Shown here: piece by piece, positions 26,586 to 32,000 of the stretch | Layout of the letters: each line of letters opens with the position of its first letter | Numbering within the stretch: position 1 is the first letter of the stretch | Made by a program: the position numbers and the translations under genes | The notes under the pieces: generated by a model | Database searches by the model: none | Seen by the model: only the letters and a program-made list of their open reading frames with translations | What the model was told of the DNA's origin: nothing | From: Halorhodospira halophila SL1 | GTDB taxonomy: Bacteria > Pseudomonadota > Gammaproteobacteria > Nitrococcales > Halorhodospiraceae | Reading direction: 5' to 3' | DNA length: 32,000 bases | Assembly (NCBI RefSeq): GCF_000015585.1 | Contig: NC_008789.1 | Location: forward strand, 90,001 to 122,000

Positions 26586-27209
26586 ATGACCCGTGCCCCC
26601 GCACTCCCTGGCCGCTGGCGAACCGTGGCGTACGTATTCTTTCGGCCACGGCGGATCCTTGAAGACTGGCAGGCTGCCGACCCGGACGTGCCCTGGATCC
26701 TCGCCCGGCTGACGGTGCCCCTGCTGCTCGCCAGTGTCCTCGGTGCCGGCATCGCCCACGCCCTGATCCCCAGCGGATTCCCGCCGGAGACCCGCCCCGA
26801 TCCCATCGGCTTCGGCATCTACAGCGCCTTGACCCAGTTCGTCGGTGTGCTCGCGCTAGCGGCTGCCGCGCACTACCTCTGCGACCTGTTCCAGGGGTAT
26901 TCCGATTTCCGGCGCCCGTTGACCGCGGTCTCCGTAGCCCTGATCCCCGCCTGGGTGGGCAACGTGGTGGCCGCCCTACCCTGGCCCGTGGGGCCGCACC
27001 TGGCCTTGCTGCTGATTCTCTACAACCTGGGGCTGCTCTACGCCGCCTTCGCGATTATCGTCGGGGTGCGCCGCGGGAACCGCCTGGCTCACTACCTGGC
27101 GGCACTCGTCGTGGCCCTGCTGGTGACGTTCGCTTTCGGCTGGCAGGCCATGACCCTGATCCCCGGCGCGACGCCGGAGGTCCGCCTCGGGACCACCTGG
27201 CTGATCTAA
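26586..27209 (+). CDS. Yip1-domain-like integral membrane protein
   Basis: The 207-aa protein has a cytoplasmic N-terminus followed by about 5 TM helices, the general architecture of Yip1/DUF1282 proteins. The family call is tentative. Confidence 0.6.
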   Translation: MTRAPALPGRWRTVAYVFFRPRRILEDWQAADPDVPWILARLTVPLLLASVLGAGIAHALIPSGFPPETRPDPIGFGIYSALTQFVGVLALAAAAHYLCDLFQGYSDFRRPLTAVSVALIPAWVGNVVAALPWPVGPHLALLLILYNLGLLYAAFAIIVGVRRGNRLAHYLAALVVALLVTFAFGWQAMTLIPGATPEVRLGTTWLI

Positions 27210-27287
27210 CCTTCGGCTGCATCCCGGCGCAGACCGGGCTAACATCCCTGTAAAAGTGCCCTTGCAGACGCCACGGAGAGCCCACCG

Positions 27288-27758
27288 ATGCCCATCGAAG
27301 AAGGCCAACCGGCCCCCGATTTCACCCTGCAGGACGCCGACACCAACCGGGTCACCCTCAGCGAACTGCGCGGTCAGCCAGTGATTGTGTACTTCTACCC
27401 GAGAGACGAGACCCCGGGCTGCACCAAGGAAGCCTGCGCCTTCCGTGATGTCTGGACCGAGCTGCAGAGCGCCGGAGCCGTAGTCCTGGGTATCTCGCCC
27501 GACGATGCGGCCGCCCATCAACGTTTCCGAGATCGCCACGAGCTCCCGTTTACGCTCCTCAGCGACCCGGAGAAGGAGGTCATGAGCCGCTACGGCGCCT
27601 GGGGTGAGAAGAACATGTACGGACGGAAGAGCATGGGCGTCATCCGCTCCACGGTGCTGATCGACGCCGAGGGGATCGTGCGCAAGCACTGGCGTCGGGT
27701 CTCCAAGGCAGCGGAGCACCCCCGGAAGGTCCTCGAGGCGCTGCAGCGGATGACCTAG
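27288..27758 (+). CDS. bcp: Thioredoxin-dependent thiol peroxidase (peroxiredoxin Q/BCP)
   Basis: The active-site region is YFYPRDETPGCTKEACAFRD (peroxidatic Cys plus resolving Cys five residues on), and the length of 156 aa fits. The SD is GGAGAG. Confidence 0.92.
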   Translation: MPIEEGQPAPDFTLQDADTNRVTLSELRGQPVIVYFYPRDETPGCTKEACAFRDVWTELQSAGAVVLGISPDDAAAHQRFRDRHELPFTLLSDPEKEVMSRYGAWGEKNMYGRKSMGVIRSTVLIDAEGIVRKHWRRVSKAAEHPRKVLEALQRMT

Positions 27759-27828
27759 GGGCGGGGTGGTTCTCCCCGACCCCCGGCATGACTCGAACCA
27801 ACTGGCCAGCCCTGGGCGACCTGCCGCT

Positions 27829-28836
27829 TTACTCCAGATCTGGCCCCAGCCGGTCGATGCCGCTGCGCTGCCCCAGCAACCGCTCGGTGACCTGGGTCAG
27901 GCGCTGGGACCAGCCCTCCCGCTGACGATAATCGACCTCCAGCAGGTGCGCCTGCTCGCGCTGGGCCATGATGCAGTCGTCGCTGGTCTGCAGGGCGTCG
28001 ATCAGCCCCGCTTCCAGGGCTCGCTCAGCCAGCCAGAACTCCCCGGTTGCCACCGTCTCGACATCCAGCTGCGGACGGTAGCGCCGCAGGAATCCCTTGA
28101 ACTGCTCGTGGATATGGCCCAGGTCCTCGCGAAAGCGCTCTCGATCCGCCTCGGTGTTCTCCCCGAAGACTGTCAGGGTCCGCTTGTAGGGACCCGCCGT
28201 GTGCTGCTCGAAATCGATGTCGCGGTTGCGCAACCAGCGGTGGAAGTTGGGCAGGCTCCCGACCACGCCGATGGATCCGATCAGCGCGAAGGGGGCCGCC
28301 ACGATCCGATCCCCGACCACCGCCATGAGATAACCGCCGCTGGCGGCCACGCGGTCAACGCATACTGTCAGATGGATCCCCGCCTCACGCAGGCGCGCCA
28401 GTTGCGAGGCCGCCAGTCCGTACGCGGGCACGCCCCCGCCGGGGCTCTCCAGACGCAGGATGACCTCGTCCTGCCCAGGGCGGGCCGCGGCAATGACCGC
28501 CGTGATCTCCTCCCGAAGCCCTTCCACAGCGCGCGCCCGGATATCGCCGCGGAACTCCAGGACGTAGATCCGCTTGTCCGGCAACTCCGCAGGCGGCGTC
28601 TCCGACGCCTGGCGCCGCAGCGTCTTGCGCACCCGGCCGCGCCAGGAGGCCTGCTCACCGGCACGACGCAGGGCCTGCGCCCGTTGGCGGTAGACGCCGT
28701 TGAGCGGACGCACCTGCAGCCGCCCCGGCGCACTGCCCCCTTCCTGGCGCAGCCGGACCACCGCGGTAAGCACGAGCAGAATGGCCAGTACCACCGTGGC
28801 GGTCTGGGCAAGGAACAGCAGGTATTCGTTCAGCAT
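27829..28836 (-). CDS. sohB: Peptidase S49 family protease SohB
   Basis: The protein has an N-terminal TM anchor, then an S49 domain (VLEFRGDIRA..., AASGGYLMA...) with SohB-like length and layout. Confidence 0.88.
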   Translation of the reverse strand: MLNEYLLFLAQTATVVLAILLVLTAVVRLRQEGGSAPGRLQVRPLNGVYRQRAQALRRAGEQASWRGRVRKTLRRQASETPPAELPDKRIYVLEFRGDIRARAVEGLREEITAVIAAARPGQDEVILRLESPGGGVPAYGLAASQLARLREAGIHLTVCVDRVAASGGYLMAVVGDRIVAAPFALIGSIGVVGSLPNFHRWLRNRDIDFEQHTAGPYKRTLTVFGENTEADRERFREDLGHIHEQFKGFLRRYRPQLDVETVATGEFWLAERALEAGLIDALQTSDDCIMAQREQAHLLEVDYRQREGWSQRLTQVTERLLGQRSGIDRLGPDLE

Positions 28837-28948
28837 CCTTCGGGTCCCGGCAGGTGAATCGCTCCAATAACCGTAGCACGCCGCGGCAACCGGGCGACTG
28901 GCTGTGGCTCACCGACGGCGGGGAAACCGGTTCCCGCGACCTCGCCGC

Positions 28949-29563
28949 TTAAAGCTGCTGGAGGACCCGGCGCAGGGCTTCGCCCTCCTCCTTGGCCTTG
29001 AAGTAGACCTCGTGGTACGGCGTATCCGGATCGGTCAGATCCACCCGGATCCGCAGCTGTCGGGCCAGGGGCATGGATCGGCTCTCCACCTTCTGGATTT
29101 CCGCGGCCTGAATCTGCAGCGCCCGGGCGGCGGTCACGAAGAACGCGGAACGCTGCTCCTGATCCAGCACCGCCCACTCGCCCCGGCCGTGGTACACGTC
29201 ACTAACCTCAAACCCAATCTTCTTCAGACGAACCACGTTGCGCTGGCGCAGCAGCGGGGCCAAAAGCAGGTTATAGAGCACCCCCACCACCATCGAGATC
29301 ACAACCAGCCCGAAGCCGGCGACTACGACATAGAACAGCCTCACCGCGGCATCCGCCTCAAGGCCCAGCTGAATCAGCCCCGCCGGCAGCACACCCTGAA
29401 ACACCCCGAGGACGGCCGCCCAGGTGTCCGCAGAGAGGAAGACACTGACGAAGGAGAAGACCAGCATCACGAGCACGCCCGTAAACGCCAGCAGGAATAG
29501 CAGCGACTCGAAGGCGACACCGATCGGGTTCTTGACGATCAGGCGGGAGAACACACTGGCCAT
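28949..29563 (-). CDS. Hypothetical membrane protein (4 predicted TM segments plus a ~90-aa soluble C-terminal domain)
   Basis: This 204-aa ORF has clear hydrophobic helices and high third-position GC. I recognised no family. Confidence 0.6.
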   Translation of the reverse strand: MASVFSRLIVKNPIGVAFESLLFLLAFTGVLVMLVFSFVSVFLSADTWAAVLGVFQGVLPAGLIQLGLEADAAVRLFYVVVAGFGLVVISMVVGVLYNLLLAPLLRQRNVVRLKKIGFEVSDVYHGRGEWAVLDQEQRSAFFVTAARALQIQAAEIQKVESRSMPLARQLRIRVDLTDPDTPYHEVYFKAKEEGEALRRVLQQL

Positions 29564-29799
29564 AGCTGACTCTGCCCTTCTACTTGGTCATCGGAACACT
29601 CCCGGGCGAAACCGATCCGCCGCGGGCGGCTGGCTTACCGAAAGCGCGAGGATGGTAACGGCAATCGTGCGGCGCGGGCACCGCTATGCGTCCAGACACC
29701 GCGCAGGACGCGTCTCGCCCGGGCGCGTTGGGTGGCAGGGGATGGGATGACACCCAGCATACCCGTCAAGATCAGCAACTTAGGGGGCAAAGGAGGAAA

Positions 29800-29876
29800 T
29801 GGCGTCCCCAACGGGATTCGAACCCGTGTCGCCACCTTGAAAGGGTGGTGTCCTAGGCCAGCTAGACGATGGGGAC
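29800..29876 (-). tRNA. tRNA-Glu (anticodon UUC)
   Basis: The reverse complement reads GTCCCCATCGTCTAGCTGGCCTAGGACACCACCCTTTCAAGGTGGCGACACGGGTTCGAATCCCGTTGGGGACGCCA. It has a 7-bp acceptor stem, the anticodon loop CT-TTC-AA, the T-loop GGTTCGAATCC and an encoded CCA. It closely resembles E. coli tRNA-Glu. Confidence 0.93.
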
Positions 29877-29898
29877 GCTGTGCCGTAAAGCGAGCGCA

Positions 29899-29927
29899 AT
29901 GGTAAGGGTGCCTGACGGGACTGTCAA
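29899..29927 (-). promoter_or_regulatory. Sigma70-type promoter for tRNA-Glu
   Basis: The minus strand reads TTGACA (29922-29927), a 17-nt spacer and TACCAT (29899-29904). The -10 element ends about 22 nt upstream of the mature tRNA 5' end. Confidence 0.5.
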
Positions 29928-30004
29928 CACTTTCGCCCATGACGATCACGGCGGCTCTGTTAGACTGGCCGCACACTGGCCGAAGAGCGTTCTCCAGGTC
30001 CTGC

Positions 30005-31528
30005 ATGGCTCCGCAAACCGGCACCCCGCTCACTCTGCCCGAGGCGGCCCTGTACCGGCTCGGGCTCACCGCGCAGCCGTTCGTCGGCACCCCCGAGCCC
30101 CCCTTCGAGGACAGTGCTCGCGTCACTCAGCTGAACGTCACGCTGAGCCTGCTGCAGAGTGGCGAACGCATCGTGCTGATCAACGGCGATGCGGGCCTGG
30201 GTAAGAGCACATTCCTCTGCCGCCTGGCGGCGCTGCAGCCCCCCGGCCTGAGCATGCAGCGGGTCGATGGCCACAACGCCGGTCTCGACACTCTGTGGGG
30301 GGCTCTGGTGGCCGCCGCTGAAAGCGAAGAAGGCGCGCAGGCATCCAGAACCCGCGAACAAGCCCTGAACTACGTCCGCAGCGCACGCCGCGGCGGCATC
30401 CGCCCCGCCCTGCTCCTGGACGATGTCGACGCCCTGCCACCCGGGCACATCGAAGAACTGCTCGAGCTCTGGGCCGAGCTCAGCCAGGACGACGAAGCCT
30501 TCAGCCTGGCCATGGCCCTCGACCCGGGGGAGCTACAGAAGCTCCCGGCGACGCTCTCAGACGAGCGCTTCCACACCACGACCCTGTATCCACTCGACCA
30601 AGAGCAGACGGCCGCCTATCTCGACCACCGCGTCCGGAGCGCCGGCGCCGAGCAGGCCCTCTTTGACCGCGAAACGGTTCGGGAGATCTTTCACCGCTCG
30701 GGCGGACACCCGGAGCGCATCAACGAAGAGGCGCATCGACGCCTGACCGCTCGCCTGGCCAACCCCGGCGAGGTGCCGCCGGCACCCCGACCCGTACTGC
30801 CGGCACACCCCGGCCGGCGAGGGCTCCGGTGGGCTCTCGCGGGGGTCAGCAGTGTCGCCGCGGCAGTGGCTGGCACGTACTGGTTGATTGCCCACCAGCT
30901 GCCGAGCGGACCGTCGACGGATGAACTCGCCATCGAAGATTTCGAGGAACCCGAGGAGGAGACGGTAGCGGCGGAGAGCGACGAGATCGAACCGGCCAGC
31001 GACACCCCGTTCGGGCTGGAGTTGCCGGGGCGCTACAGCTTCCGCGATGACCACGAGGAGGCGGACACCCCCTCCACGCCGGACCAGCCCACCGAGACCC
31101 TGCAACTCCTCGAGATACCTTCCGGCCCCGCCCAAGAGCCCTCACCCACCGAGGACGCCCCGACGATCGACCATGAGGCGGACGAGGAAGCCGCGCCGAC
31201 CGCGGAGCAGGATGAGGATGATTGGGCTGCCGGCGCGGCCTGGGTCCTGAATGAGGAGGCGGATCGCTACACCATCCAGGTACTGGCGGCCTCCCAGCCC
31301 ACCACCCTGGAGGGCTATGCGGAGCAACACGACCTGGGCGATCCGACCCACGTGGTCTCCACCGAGCGGGGAGACGGCGACCCCTGGTTCCTGCTGCTGC
31401 ACGGTTCCCACGAGGACCGCGAGGCCGCTCACGCGGCCCTGGCGGCGTTGCCCGAGGAGATCGCCGAGCGCGGGGCGTGGGTCCGCTCTTTTGAGTCGGT
31501 GGAAGAGGGCCTGGTAACCGACGACTAA
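30005..31528 (+). CDS. AAA+ (ExeA/MshM-like) ATPase with a TM segment, acidic linker and C-terminal SPOR domain (DamX-like)
   Basis: The protein has Walker A LINGDAGLGKST, Walker B ALLLDDVD and one TM segment (WALAGVSSVAAAVAGTYWLIA). About 130 aa of D/E/P-rich linker precede a SPOR-like C-terminus (YTIQVLAASQPTTLEGYAEQH...WFLLLHGSHEDREAAHAALAALP). I prefer ATG at 30005. Confidence 0.8.
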   Translation: MAPQTGTPLTLPEAALYRLGLTAQPFVGTPEPPFEDSARVTQLNVTLSLLQSGERIVLINGDAGLGKSTFLCRLAALQPPGLSMQRVDGHNAGLDTLWGALVAAAESEEGAQASRTREQALNYVRSARRGGIRPALLLDDVDALPPGHIEELLELWAELSQDDEAFSLAMALDPGELQKLPATLSDERFHTTTLYPLDQEQTAAYLDHRVRSAGAEQALFDRETVREIFHRSGGHPERINEEAHRRLTARLANPGEVPPAPRPVLPAHPGRRGLRWALAGVSSVAAAVAGTYWLIAHQLPSGPSTDELAIEDFEEPEEETVAAESDEIEPASDTPFGLELPGRYSFRDDHEEADTPSTPDQPTETLQLLEIPSGPAQEPSPTEDAPTIDHEADEEAAPTAEQDEDDWAAGAAWVLNEEADRYTIQVLAASQPTTLEGYAEQHDLGDPTHVVSTERGDGDPWFLLLHGSHEDREAAHAALAALPEEIAERGAWVRSFESVEEGLVTDD

Positions 31529-31601
31529 CCCGCAGTCAGCACGGTGACGGCTGTAACGACCCGACATTTTTTTGACGCACCCTGGGTGTCAATTCCCTGA
31601 C

Positions 31602-32000
31602 ATGTCAACCGAACGTCCTACCGTGTGGATCCGATTCCCGGAGGCCAGTGGCCGGCCCGACTTGCCGCTGCGCCTGGGCGACACCCTGGAAGGCCGGGCC
31701 CGCCTGACCAACGCCGGGCTGGTCCTGATCCTCGGCGAGCACCGCCTGCCGGCCCGCGCGGATGTTCCGGTGGCCGACGGTGACCGCCTGCGCCTGCGGG
31801 TGGCCGGCGTCGGTCACCCGCTCGTGCTGCAGGTGACCCACCACCTTGGGCCGCGCCCGGCACTGCAGTCGACCCTGCGCCAGGCCCCGCCCCGGCAGAC
31901 CACCGCGGAGTCGCTGGTATCCAGCCTGCGCACAGCTGCGCGGGGCACCCCCTCGCCCATCACTTTGCACGCAGCGTGCCAGAACTTCTGGGCCACCCTG
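31602..32000 (+). CDS. Hypothetical protein, partial (runs off the window end)
   Basis: The frame from ATG 31602 stays open for 133 codons to the window edge, with high third-position GC. It is absent from the track because no stop falls in the window. I recognised no family. Confidence 0.45.
   Translation, partial: MSTERPTVWIRFPEASGRPDLPLRLGDTLEGRARLTNAGLVLILGEHRLPARADVPVADGDRLRLRVAGVGHPLVLQVTHHLGPRPALQSTLRQAPPRQTTAESLVSSLRTAARGTPSPITLHAACQNFWATL

Noticed and set aside
25122-26759. A 545-aa minus-strand ORF opposite the porin and extending into the Yip1-like gene.
   Set aside because: It is antisense to porin-like coding sequence, crosses an intergenic region, and has no motifs and no plausible ribosome-binding site.
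27766-28857. A 363-aa plus-strand ORF opposite sohB.
   Set aside because: It is antisense to a clear S49 peptidase gene and has no motifs.
29635-30126. A 163-aa minus-strand ORF overlapping tRNA-Glu.
   Set aside because: It runs straight through the tRNA gene and its promoter, so it is an artefact.
31605-31996. Minus-strand ORFs (121, 81 and 60 aa) at the window end.
   Set aside because: They are R/G/P-rich. The plus-strand frame from ATG 31602 is open to the edge and has better codon bias, so it is preferred, though itself only at moderate confidence.

Overview
This is a densely coding, high-GC bacterial chromosomal window. Gene content, Pseudomonas-like long PstC/PstA and acidic predicted proteins suggest a halophilic gammaproteobacterium, but that is inference only. 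I support about 30 genes and one tRNA.

Gene order:
- A 3'-truncated BCCT osmolyte transporter, followed by glpK, and glpD transcribed divergently from glpK.
- A minus-strand group: NfeD-like protein, Na/Pi cotransporter, PhoU-domain protein and a small membrane ORF.
- A membrane-anchored alpha/beta-hydrolase of unknown function and a DsbE/TlpA-like thioredoxin.
- A minus-strand cluster of ATP-grasp ligase, lpxD, Zn-dependent MDR dehydrogenase and a divergent TrpD-family protein.
- A gene-poor 0.7 kb gap holding only a small HTH ORF, then arsC.
- A complete phoB-phoR-pstS-pstC-pstA-pstB-phoU string, with a divergent OprO/P-type porin.
- A Yip1-like membrane protein, bcp, sohB, a membrane protein, tRNA-Glu(UUC), an AAA+/SPOR (DamX/ExeA-like) protein and a partial ORF at the edge.

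I saw no CRISPR array, intact mobile element or recognisable defence system.

Observations most worth a second look:
1. The out-of-context lpxD-dehydrogenase-TrpD-like operon with an upstream orphan ATP-grasp gene. It is a candidate uncharacterised modification or biosynthetic module.
2. A single in-frame TAG that interrupts the otherwise intact phosphate porin.
3. Pho-box-like repeats: an exact 10-mer (GACTGTCATG) occurs twice upstream of the Na/Pi transporter, with further candidates at phoB, at the porin and in the gene-poor gap.
4. Large extracytoplasmic additions in PstC (propeller-like repeats) and PstA (acidic coiled coil).

All functional calls rest on motif recognition by eye. No searches were run.
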